A stretch of DNA of 64,000 bases from Adineta vaga (Eukaryota; Animalia; Rotifera). The stretch lies in NCBI GenBank assembly GCA_021613535.1, contig CP075494.1, forward strand, positions 1 through 64,000. The letters run 5' to 3'. Each line of letters opens with the position of its first letter. The stretch's first letter is position 1. Made by a program: the position numbers and the translations under genes. A model generated the notes under the pieces. It ran no database searches. It was not told where the DNA came from and saw only the letters and a list, made by a program, of their open reading frames with translations. This document shows positions 37,801 to 50,734 of the stretch, piece by piece.

Positions 37801-40800
37801 ATTTTGACTGTAAGTTTGATATTCTATTCTTTTCTTATCTGGACATCGAATATATTTTTTTCTAGATGCTGTCATTCAGCGGCAAGTGGATATGTCTAAC
37901 GCTAGTTCATTTTGGTTTGACGCGCTTCGTGATTATAAATTTGACCAGTTATTGACATTGCCATTTGACCAGTATCGAGTTACCGATGAATCCCGTTCAT
38001 GTCGTGGAACATCAGTTTCTTTTGATTTTGGTGAAAAAATATCTCAACGTATTACTACCTATGCATCAACTAATAATACGAAAGTGGAATATATTGCACT
38101 TGCTATCTATTATGTCTTGTTATTCAAAATAACAGATAGTCAACAAGATTTGTGTGTGAGTGCAAATGCACATGGTCGCTACAGAGCCGAACTTATGTCT
38201 CTAATTGGAGTGTTTATCAACGTGATTCCTTTGCGATGCCAGATGGATCCCAATAGATCTTTCAATGAACTTGTCGACCATGTGCATAGAACAGGAAGTC
38301 GATACTCAGAACATTCTTATTTTCCTCTTCAACGTATTCTTGAACTACATGTCGCTGCCAATCAATCCGCATTTCTTGACATTTATTTTGGATTCGAATC
38401 TATAGCATTCCCAAATACTTCTGACCATATCAGATTAGGTAATATTTCTATTCAGTCCGCGACTGTTCAATATAATACTGGTACGACTGATATTGTTACT
38501 AAGTTCGATCTTTCAATCAATGTTCAACATGATTTGACAAACAATCAGTTATCATGTGTAATTAATGGATCCTCTGATTTGTTTAGCAAACAAACAGTAT
38601 ACAAGATAGGACAACGATTTATACTAATCATGGAACAATTATTTGAAGATACCTTTAGCCAAACTAAGAAATCAATATACGAGTTATCGTCACTAATGCC
38701 CGATGAAGCAATATTCATTCGATCTATTAAAAACACAGACATTGTCCTTCCTACTTTCAACTGTCTTCAGCATGAGTTTGTATATCAAGCGAAACATCAT
38801 AATCAAAAATTAGCTATTGAACTTGATGAACAATCTCTCACTTACACTGAACTTCTTTATTATGTACAAAAATTAGCTCTTCATCTTATCATCAATCATC
38901 ATCTCACAACTAATGATATTGTTTGTCAATGTATTGAAAGAAGTCTCTCAATGGTAACACTATAATAATAAGAAATAAATTAATAAATAGTTTTTCTGAT
39001 TCTCTAGGTCATTGGAATTCTCTCGATTGAAATAGCTGGTAGTGCTTATTGTCCCTTATCAGCTCGAGATCCTGAACAACGATTAAATATTCTCATTCAT
39101 CAAACTCAAAGTCCTCTTGTTCTTATTCATCATCTAACCCAATATAAATTTAATAATAATAACATTAATACATTAGATATTGATACAATAATTAACAATA
39201 ATCAAATAATCAATGAAGAAGATCTTTATCATCTATCAAATATTATCATTACACCAGAAAGCATTGCTTATGTCATATTTACTAGTGGCTCGACAGGCAT
39301 ACCAAAAGCTGTTAGTTCTAACTTTGATGTTTGTTTTCTTCTATTGTATTCTGTTTATAGGTTCAAGTACGTCATCAGAATTTTATTGAATGTATTCATT
39401 CTCTTGTTCATATTAATACATTTACTGAGATGGATACAATCATACAAATGGCACGTTGTTCATTTGATATTCATATGCAAGATATTGTCGGAACATTAGT
39501 CGTTGGTGGTACATTAGTAATGCTTCATCCAAAAGGAAATATGGATTTTGAATATTTGACTGAAGTACTTAAAACTAAACAAATCACTTTTATACATGCT
39601 GTGCCAACATTAATCTATAGTCTTTTTCAATATATCAAGGAAACCAAAGATTTGCTTGTCATCGAATCATTACGTACACTTTGTGCTAGCGGTAAGTACT
39701 ACCTATACTATGTCTAGAATAGTCATGTAATGTTCTTCGTTTTTCTTAGGTGAAGCTGTATCTACTAAAATGATTAATTTTTTAGCGACTTTTCTGGCGC
39801 GAACGGTTCAAATATGGGATTTGTATGGTCCGGCTGAGACTACACTCATCTCTACCTATCATCTAATAGATCCAACTATTGATAAAACAAGTATTCCAAT
39901 TGGTCGACCTCTTCCTAACTATACATGTTTTGTTCATGATGAATTTTCACAACCAATTTCTATACATCAAGTAGGTGAATTGATTATAGGTGGTGTAGGT
40001 GTATTTGCTGGTTATCTTGGTCGAGATGATTTGACAGCAAATGCATTAGTAAATATTGATGGAGAAATATGCTATAAAACAGGTGATCTTGTTCGATTAA
40101 ATGAAAATGGTTTACTTGATTATCTTGGTCGAAAAGATAATCAAGTAAAGTTGCGTGGACAACGGATTGAACTTAATGAAATTGAACAATGTTTGCTTGA
40201 AACATCGATTACAGCATGTGTTGTTATAAAATGGAAGGATGATTATTTAGTTGCATATGTGCAAAATATTAACACTGATGTAAAATTATTGCGTGAACAT
40301 TGTCTTTGTCGTTTGCCATCGTTTATGGTTCCATCGATGTTCATTGTGCTCGAAGAATTTCCATTAAATGCAAATGGAAAAATAGATCGGAAGCGTCTTC
40401 CTACACCTGACTTTTCATCAGTGTCAAACATTGAAGAAGATCTTGAACATATCGAACCAAAAACTAAGCTTGAAAGACGTGTTCATTCATTATGGTGCAA
40501 GATTCTCGGTTACACTCAAATATCTACGAATACAAGTATCTCCAGCATTGGTGGTCATTCGCTTTTATTGACACAACTTTACCATAGTTATAGAACAAGT
40601 TTTAACATTGGTAGTCAGTTTGCCGGTATTATGGAATTTTTTGAGCATCCTACAATTGCTGATCATGCTCGTCTGATTGAAGAGTCGATAACCAGTCAGG
40701 AGTGTGATATTATATCTGCTCACTTATTGTCAGAAATAGAGACGTTGGAAACGGATTCAAACTTGATCACTGAAAACCAGAAATGCTCGAGATATGAAAA

Positions 40801-43800
40801 CTTTCCTACCACAGAAATCCAACAAGCTTATCTATTTGGACGAAACGAATACGTGGAGCTTGGTCACGTTTCCTGTTTCTCATACGAAGAATATGATTAT
40901 TCATCAAACTTTAATATATTACAGTTCGAACAAGCATTTAACTGTTTAATTGGTCGTCATGAAACACTACGTATCATTTTTCCATGTGCAACCGAACAAA
41001 AAATTCTCAAGGATGTTCCTTATTATAGAATCGTTGTACTCGATTTAAGCAATAATTCATCAATAGATGAGCAACTTCTGAAACGTCGAATACAATTGTC
41101 ACATCAAGTGCGTCCTGTTGATCAATGGCCACTTTTTGATATTCAATTGACTCGATTCATGATTGATGAAGAACACCAGCTTCGTTTACACATCGGCTTT
41201 GATCTCCTTATTCTGGATCTTTGGAGTTTAAAATTGATTTTATCTGAATTAAATGAACTCTATCTCAATATAAATAAGGTTCTAGCATCTTTAGATATCT
41301 CTTATCGGGATTATATTTTAGCCGAACTGAAAATGAAAGAAACAGTTATCTATAGGAGCAATAAAGAATATTGGATGAATCGCTTAACTTTGTTTCCATT
41401 AGGTCCTAATATGCCACTACGATGCTCGCCAACTGAACTGAAAGTACAACGTTTCTGTCGTCTAAAGAAAACGTTAGATCGATATATATGGCAACGTTTG
41501 AAACATCAAATTCACAGACTCAAGTTGTCACCAGCTGGCTTCCTAGCATCAGTCTACTCAATAGTATTATCTAAATGGAGTGAAAACAAACACTTTTCTC
41601 TAAATCTACCTATTTTTAATCGTTCATTAATACATCCGCAAGTCAACGAAATAGCTGGCGATTTCACATCAATACTTCCATTAGAAATTAATCTTGATAA
41701 GTCGGTTGCTTTTGAACAATTTGCTCGTACTGTGCAAAATCAATTGTGGAATGATCTTGAGCATATGCTGTACAATGGAGTATCGTTTATTCGTGAACTA
41801 ATGTGCTTAAATAATTCAAGACAAATTATTTTACCGATTATTTTTACATGTGGAATAGATGTTGATAAATCTAGTTATGAGACAGACTATAACAATATCC
41901 TTTTCGACAAACCACCAGTATACGGTATTACGCAAACTCCTCAAGTTTTTCTTGATAACCAAGTACATGAACATAATGGACACTTGATAATACATTGGGA
42001 TTATGTAGACGATCTGTTTCCGCCAAAAATGGTTAGTGATATGCTAGAGGCATTCATCGGTTTACTTCATAGATTTTCATTGTCTGAAGACATATGGCAC
42101 GAGCCTGTCATTCTTTCAATACCAATTGATCAACACGAAAGACGGCTAGCCTTTAATCAAACAAAGTGGACGCCAGAAGTAGAAAATAAATTACTTCATA
42201 CATTGATAAGCAAGCAAGCCGCACAGGTACTTAATGCTCCGGCTGTTTTCTCTTCCCGTGGAAATCTAACATATGAACAACTAATGAATTATACATATTC
42301 TCTTGCAAATCACTTACGCGAACATGGAGCACAAAATAATCAGTTAATCGCTATTTTTATGGAGAAAGGTTGGGAACAGATTGTTGCATGCTTAGCTGTA
42401 CTGTTCTCGGGTGCTGCATTTTTACCATTAGATATAGACTCTCCCCAAGAACGTCTTCTTACATTGGTGAAAGAAACTGATGTAAAAATTATTCTTACAC
42501 AATCTGATCAAAAATCAATCTTTTTGGATTTGATAGTCATTTCAGTTGATATATTTACATTTGATCTCAATCCAAAGCCATTTCCCATGCCACAGCAATT
42601 ACCAACTGACTTAGCCTACATTATTTTCACATCTGGTTCTACTGGAAAACCAAAAGGTGTCATGATTAGTCATCAAGCAGTCATTAATACTATTCTTGAT
42701 CTCAACGATCGGCTAGAAATTTCAGCTCAAGACAGAATATTTGCATTGTCTCACTTGAATTTTGATTTGTCGGTTTATGATATTTTTGGAACGTTAATTG
42801 CTGGTGGTGCTATTGTCATGTGCGACCAAGAAAGTTACAAAAACCCAAAGCATTGGTATGAGATGATGGTTAAATATCAAGTGACTATTTGGAATAGTGT
42901 TCCGATGTTGATGCAAATGTTAGTCGAGTTTTTAAAACATACTTCTAATGAAAATCAGTTGCGACACATTTTGTTAAGTGGCGATTGGATACCATTGTCT
43001 TTACCAAAATCAATACAAACAATATTTGGTGATCATGTAACAGTGACTAGCTTAGGTGGTGCTACTGAAGGATCAATTTGGTCTATCGCTTATTCCATTC
43101 CAAAGCTATTACCAAATGATTGGAAATCGATTCCTTATGGAATACCATTACGTAATCAAGAGTATTATGTTTACGATATACAATTAAATGATTGTCCTGA
43201 ATGGGTTACTGGTGAGCTTTATATTGGAGGATTAGGACTAGCTGATGGTTATTGGAAAGATAAAATAAAGACAGAATCAAGTTTTATCCTTCATCCACGC
43301 ACGAATCAACGTCTCTACCGAACGGGTGACTACGGTCGTTTCTTGCCAAACGGATATATTGAATTTATTGGACGCACAGATTTTCAAGTGAAATTGCATG
43401 GACATCGTATTGAACTTGGCGAAATCGAATATTGTTTACAGCAATTTTCAAATATTCGCCAGGCAATTGTAAATGTAGACGACAAATCTAAACGTTTAAT
43501 AGCCTATATTACGACAGAAAAACATCATGAAAACAACGATGATTATAACAAAGACAATATTTTTATCACTGATCCTACTCAATGTGATAGTTTTAAGTTG
43601 ATGAAACATAATATTTTACGGCAAGATCTAGTGAAAAAGAATTATTCATTGAATAAGTTAGAGCATACAGACACATTAATCGATACATATTATATTCGGA
43701 AGAGCTACCGACAATTTACTAATGAAATTATCACCGAAGATGATATTGAAAATTTATTAAGAAAATATCAATCTATCAATAACGGTAAAAAAGTCATATG

Positions 43801-46800
43801 TTTGAACTTGAATTCAAACACCCTAAGCCAATTTCTGTCGGTGCTAAGACCAATTACGATTCTTGATAAAACTTCTCCGAAATATCGTTACGCATCAGCA
43901 GGATCACTGTATCCAGTCCAGGTATACATTGAAGTTTTTACAATTATTGATGATATTTTACCGGGTTTTTATTATTATAATCCCGATAATCATAATCTTC
44001 AGTTGATCAGTACATGTACTAATAATGACAACGATCATAATAAAATTCACTTGCACTTAATTGGTAGATCAGCGGCTATCGCTCCAATCTATGGGAAAAA
44101 ACTAGGATCACAATTGTGCGTATTAGAAACTGGATATATGATGGGATTGTTAAAAAATGAAGCATTAAAAATGGGTTGGATATTTTCAAAGATAGAGTAT
44201 GTAGATGTAAATAACCAATTACATTTAAATTTAGACGAACATGATACTCATCATGCTTTTTCAATTCAATTAATTACACAAGATCATTACACTGATAATG
44301 ATGATGAACTTAGCAATTATCCCGAATGTATTGTGTATTTTAAGGCATCTGATCATCAACCAGAACGATGGTTTATTTATGATAGAGCTACTAGCAATCT
44401 CACACCTTTTTTTATAAAGTTATATGAAAAACAAGAAGAACCATTGCTCTTCTTTGAAAACAATGACGAAAATAAAGTTATCTTTAATGATTGTCGTGTT
44501 GCGATATTTTTCATTGGACACTTGGAGCAAGCCATAAGCACGGGCATGATGGCGCATGTTTTAATGGAAATTGGTGTTAAAGTCAACATTGGTATGTGTC
44601 CAGTCAGTAGTCATATCAATTTGCCATCGAAGATCACTAATACAATAAATGATTTTTTGACTCATTCTGACTCTCACAAGGAAAAAATATTATTACATAC
44701 TTTGCTTCTTGGAAAAATAAATCCAGAGCAAAAGTATGAACATAGAAGTTCGGTAATACGATCCGTACCCAATTACAGTCAGACGTTGACAAAATACTTG
44801 AGTACAAAACTTCCAAGTTATATGGTACCATCTTTATTTATTACTGTTTCAAAATTTCCATTGAATGTAAATGGAAAGATTGATCGGAAGGCTCTACAAA
44901 ATACATTTTCATTATCGTATAATAAAGAAAATTATGAACCACCGATTAGTGATTTAGAAAGAACCATTGTTGGTATTTGGCAGAAAGTGCTAAACTATAA
45001 ACAAACTAATCCTATCTCGATTACTGCAGGTTTCTTTAGTCTTGGCGGTTATTCTCTACTTCTCGTTGAACTTTATAATTACTATCAATCAGTATTTGAC
45101 TTTGACACTCAAACATTGACAATTAGATCATTCTTTCAACAGGATACTATAGCCGAACATGCAAAGATGTTGCAAACAACTTCTTCGACTAATATTAATT
45201 TCAACGTTTGGAAGACACTTCATATTATCGAAGGTAGTATAGATTATATAATGGGACTAACACATGAATACTTGAATTTTAGGTAGAGCATCATTTGCAC
45301 AAGAACGTATATATCTTGATGCTCAGATTAGAAATACAAACAATCTAGCGTTGTACAATGAGTTAATAGTATTTCGACTTATAAAAGGTTCATTGTCAAA
45401 AGAACGTCTTGAACGAGCTATTTGTTCGATTTTAAATAAGCATCCTGTGTTACGCACTTCCCTTTTTCTTAGTAATGATGATGGCATGTTAATGCAAAGC
45501 ATCAAGTTTAATTGCCCTGATCCATTTAAAAACGAAAAAGAGAAAACTTTTAAAAATAATGAAGAACTGGATGATATTATTCGTCAAACTACTATCGATC
45601 CTAATCTTTTTGATTTGTCAAATGCTCGAGTTTTTCATTATGAAATTGTTCGTTACGAACCAGCTAATAGTTTCAATGAGGATTATGAACTTATGACCGC
45701 ATCTGATGCACTCATCATTGCCTTTCACCATGCAGCATTTGATCTAGTGTCTAGCCGGGTCTTTCTCGAAGATTTAACTGTTGCGTACAATAGTGATAAG
45801 TTACTGTCGATTGATGAAGATTCATTTCAATATATTGACTATTCCATTCATGAACATCTGATGGATATGACGACATCTCAGATGTTCTGGCGTTCACAAC
45901 TTGAGGGATACAATTGGGAGCGTCCTTTATTATTACCAGCCAATCGATACCACAATTCTACTCATAATCGATCAAGTTTCTCTACAATGATTCATTATTA
46001 TTTCGACGACAATCTTTCCCAGTCATTTCTTGCATATGCTTCCTTGCATGGAGTTACTCCATTTCATCTAGGTATTGCGATCTTTTACGTTTTCCTATTT
46101 AAATTGAACAATGATCAAAACGATTTTTGTGTCACTTGTCTTAATGCTAATCGACATAGGACGGAATTACGAGACCTGATAGGTATGTTCGTTGCTACAC
46201 TTCCTTATCGTATTCAATTTGATCCAAGAGCATCTTTCAATCATCTCATGAAACAAGTGTTCAATCAATCTTTATCCATTTTACAACATTCGCATTATCC
46301 TCTTCAACAAATTCTCGCTAACTCATCTAAACAAGAACCGACCACTAATTTTCTCAAAATTATGTTTGATCTAATCATCTTGTCCCAAAATCTTAGCTTA
46401 TTAACTCTTGATGGAGCGCAACTTGAACAAATGCCATTTCAACAACTCGATATCATAGCTAAGTTCGACATGACATGCAGACTTATATATGATCCATCAG
46501 CTGTATATTCAATTATATCATGTTCTATAATCTGCTCCGAAGATATATATGATCAGATAACAGTGCAGATATTGATGAATCGCTATGTATCTCTTTTTCA
46601 GCAACTATTTGATCTTACATCGGTTGATATCACATCACAGCCAGTTTTTAATCTGTCCATCATCCTCCCAGACGAACTCAATATTATTAACGTATTGAAT
46701 ATCAATCATGATCTTGAAAAACGAACAGATATATTAACAATTAACGAATCTTTTTATCATCAAACTTTTAGATTTTCCCAAAAGCTCGCCATTGAACTCG

Positions 46801-49800
46801 ATGATCAGTCTCTCACTTACACTGAACTTCTTTATTATGTACAAAAATTAGCTCTTCATCTTATCAACAATCATCATCTCATAACTAATGCTATTATTTG
46901 TCAATGTATTGAAAGAAGTCTATCAATGGTAACACTAATAATAAGAAATAAATTAAATAATATTTTTTCTGATTCTCTAGGTCATTGGAATTCTTTCGAT
47001 TGAAATAGCTGGTAGTGCTTATTGTCCCTTGTCAGCTCGAGATCCTGAACAACGATTAAATGTTCTCATTGAACAAACTCAAAGTCCTCTTGTTCTTATT
47101 CATCATCTAACTCAACATAAATTTAATAATAGTCACATAATTACGTTAGATATTGATACAATAATCAATAATAATCAAATAATCAATGCAAAAGATCTTT
47201 ACCATCTATCAAATATTATGATCACATCAGAAAACATTGCTTATGTCATATTCACTAGTGGTTCGACAGGCACACCAAAAGCTGTTAGTTTAAACTTTGA
47301 TGTTTGCTTTCTTCTATTCTATTGATATTCTTCTATTTATAGGTTCAAGTACGTCATCGAAACTTTATCGAATGTATTCATTCTCTCGTTCATATTAATA
47401 CATTTACTGAGATGGACACAATTATACAAATGGCACGTTGTTCATTTGATATCCATATGCAAGATATTGTTGGAACATTGATCGTTGGTGGTACATTAGT
47501 TATGCTTCATCCAAAAGGAAATATGGATTTTGAATATTTGGCTGAAGTACTTAAAACTAAACAAATCACTTTTATGCATGCTGTGCCAACTTTAATCTAC
47601 GGTCTTTTTCAATATATCAAAGAAACCAAACAATTGTTTGTCATCGAATCACTACGTACACTTTGTAGCATTGGTTAGTGTGTACAGTCGAAATTTTTGA
47701 GTAGTGTTATATTTGTTGTTATGATTTGTAGGGGAAGCTCTGACAGTGAAACAAGTTAGTCTATTCATATCACTTATAACGAAGCATTGCCGTATTTGGA
47801 ACTTATATGGTCCTGCTGAAACTACACTAGTGTCTACGTATCATCTAATCGATCCAACTATTGATAAAATGAGTATTCCAATTGGTCGACCTCTTCCCAA
47901 CTACACATGTTTTGTTCATGATGAATTTTCACAGCCAGTTTCTGTACATCAAGTGGGCGAATTGATTATAGGTGGTGTAGGTGTGTTTGCTGGTTATCTT
48001 GGTCGAGATGATTTGACAGCAAATGCATTAGTAAATATTGATGGGAAATTTTTCTATAGAACAGGTGATCTTGTCCGATTGAATGAAAATGGTTTACTTG
48101 ATTATCTTGGTCGAAAAGATAATCAAGTAAAGTTACGTGGACAACGAATTGAACTTAATGAAATTGAACAATGTTTACTTGAAACTTCTATCACAGCATG
48201 TATTGTTATAAAATGGAAGGATGATCATTTAGTTGCATATGTGCAATGTGTTAATAGTGATGTGAAATTATTGCGTGAACATTGTCTTTCTCGTTTGCCA
48301 TCATTTATGGTTCCATCAATGTTCATTGTACTCGAAGAATTCCCATTGAATGCAAATGGAAAAATAGATCGAAAACGTCTTCAGACGCCTGACTGCTTAG
48401 ATGAGACGAATGCGGATAACAGCACTTCTTCTCCTTCAACGCCTTTAGAACATCGTTTGCAATCTATATTTACAGAGGTTCTCAATAAAAAGGTATTGGA
48501 TAAAAATGTTTCGTTGGGAGCTATGGGTGGTACATCTTTAGATGCTATGCGGGTGCTTGTAGTTATCCGGCAGCAAATCTATACAAATGTCGATGCTGCT
48601 CTTCTTTTTGCTAATCCGTCTGTTGGACAACTTGCGAGAGCTATGGAGCCGTTACTCAGTTTAAAAAAAGATCTATCACCTGAAAATGAAACAACTTCGT
48701 TCGAACAGGAGAAGCATTATCGACCAATGCCATCCTTATTTATTGAAGGATTGGGAATTATTTTACTTTTTTTTCAATGGATATATCCACTGTGGATGAT
48801 TCATAGAACTGGATACTACTTCGCCTTGCTACTATTACCCTTATTCTATCTCCTAACCTACATAGTTTGGCAACATTTGTTACTTCGTCCGAAAGGATTT
48901 TGGAAGAGTAAAGATGAACTCTATTCTTGGCGTTATTATCGTATGTGGTTTTTGAATCGTTTATGGTCAATCAATAATTCTTATTGGCTACAATGTTTAA
49001 TGGGTACTCCATTTTATAATGTTTATCTTCGAATGTGTGGCGCAAAAATTGGTTATGGTACGCATATTTATACAACATTAATTGATGCTCCATGGTTGCT
49101 TGAAGTAGGTGATTCAACATTTATCGGTGAAGAAGTGATCCTTTCGAGTCTGTCTTATCAGGATCAAACCTATAAGATTCATTCAATTCATATTGGAGCA
49201 AATTGTTCAATTGGCACTCGTTCAGTTTTATATGACGATACGGTAGTGTATGATCATGTGCATAAAGAGCCTTTATCCAGAATATCTGGACATGTGTCAT
49301 CGCCAAAGGATCACATCTCTATGCATGACAGATCTTTCACTACTGGTCAAACTATATTTCAACTTGTTTGTATTCTCTCTGTTGTGTTTATTCATGGTTT
49401 GCTACTAGTCTTTACTTCATTTGTATATTGTTATTACTTAACTTCGTTATTATTTTTACCTGCGAGTCTTGCTTTATGTTGGTTAATATGGACATCATTA
49501 AGTCTTCTTGTCCTTTTGCTATGCCTAAGATTTGTCGTAGGTGAAGTTAATCCAGGTTGTTGCTCGCTCAACTCCTATTATTACTTACGCAAAGTGTGGT
49601 TACGTCGTTTAGTTATATCATCATTTTATTATTCACTGAATCTTGTGCAATCGTATGATGAATTTGGACCAGTTATTTTACGCTGGCTAGGCGCTCACAT
49701 TGAGGATGATGTTCGACTGGCCGAATTTCAACAGATATTAAATTTTCCATCAAATCTTCTCAAAGCTAAGCGTGGAGCAACGACGTTTGCTGGAGCTACC

Positions 49801-50734
49801 CTTGCTCCATTCGAAGTTACACACGACGGTAAATGTCGTATGGAAGAAATTCATCTTGGTTCGGATGTAAATCTTGGTAATTGGTGTGTCCTGATGCCTG
49901 GAACTCAGCTAACATCGAGAACGATTGTCGGTAGTCTTACACGAGTTACAAGGGAAACAAATAATTCGGATAGTGGTACTATATTACTGGGCATTCCAGC
50001 TAGCATAATGCCATTTATGAAACTTGAACATATATCGAATGTCAGTAGTTGTCCATCGTCCCATTCGTTAATATTTATTACTTTTCTCTCTAGCGTTATT
50101 AATTTTCTCATGAGCAAGTATATATGTATCATTATATACTCAATGATGACTATTCCTATTGCAGTTCTTGTTCATACGAATCTTTTCTGTGCAGTCTATT
50201 ACTGCTCGATTTTCCGTCATAAAAAACGTACATCTTTCACTTACTCAGAAGTTGTTAATCGTACACAACAGTTTCTCCATACGTTGATGGCTGATTTTTT
50301 TACATTCCTTGGTCCATTTCTATCTGAAACACAGTTTCTTGTTTTTCTTTATCGCATTCTTGGCGCCCGAATCGGACGCGATGTCATCGTGTCTGATATC
50401 AGCTGTCTTACTGATCCTCATCTAGTGACTATTGGTGATCATGTTCGACTAAACCGAAGAGCTTACATTCAGGTAATAGACAAATCTTTTCTAATTCCAT
50501 TTATGTTATCTTTACGCTTTTTTTCTTAAGTGTCACACATTTGAACAGCGTCTATTCAAATTAGCACCTGTTACTGTGGGTTCTTCGAGTGTACTTATGA
50601 GTAATACTTTGGTATTATCTGGCGCAAGACTCTTAGGAAGAAACCGTATTTCAGCGTGCACACTTGTTATGAAAGACGATCAATTGCTAGATGACACAAC
50701 TTGGTCTGGTGTACCAGCACAACTTGTAATATAA
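34825..50734 (+). CDS. Trimodular NRPS, ~4,841 aa: C*-C-A-T-Cy-A(Ox)-T-C-A-T-Pls-like terminal membrane domain
   Basis: Exons: 34825-36358, 37249-37809, 37866-38953, 39008-39310, 39361-39691, 39750-45233, 45283-46928, 46981-47283, 47343-47673, 47732-50472, 50531-50734. All introns are GT-AG and the exons total 14,526 nt in one frame. Motifs: three A domains (FTSGSTG.PK, TGD, NGKIDR), three T domains (GGHS, GGYS, GGTS), and C cores HHAIFD and HHAAFD. Confidence 0.9.
40800..45180 (+). other. Cy-A(Cys)-Ox-T thiazole-forming module within NRPS exon 6
   Basis: Cy motifs FPTTEIQQAY, DLLILD and TPQVFLDNQV. A-domain code read manually as DLYNLSLIWK. Oxidase insert RKSYRQF...YASAGSLYPVQVY at ~43560-44750. 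Confidence 0.88.
48720..50734 (+). other. Epsilon-poly-L-lysine synthetase (Pls/PosA)-like terminal domain
   Basis: Three TM-plus-hexapeptide-repeat units (GAKIGYGTHI, GAHIEDDVRL, GARIGRDVIV) and the C-terminal QCHTFEQRLFK...WSGVPA motif. No thioesterase or reductase domain follows. Confidence 0.82.

Noticed and set aside
34825-50529. Operon of several separate NRPS genes, or a bacterial contaminant
   Set aside because: Each ORF break coincides with a GT-AG intron, splicing restores one frame, and the flanks carry metazoan-type genes and TEs.
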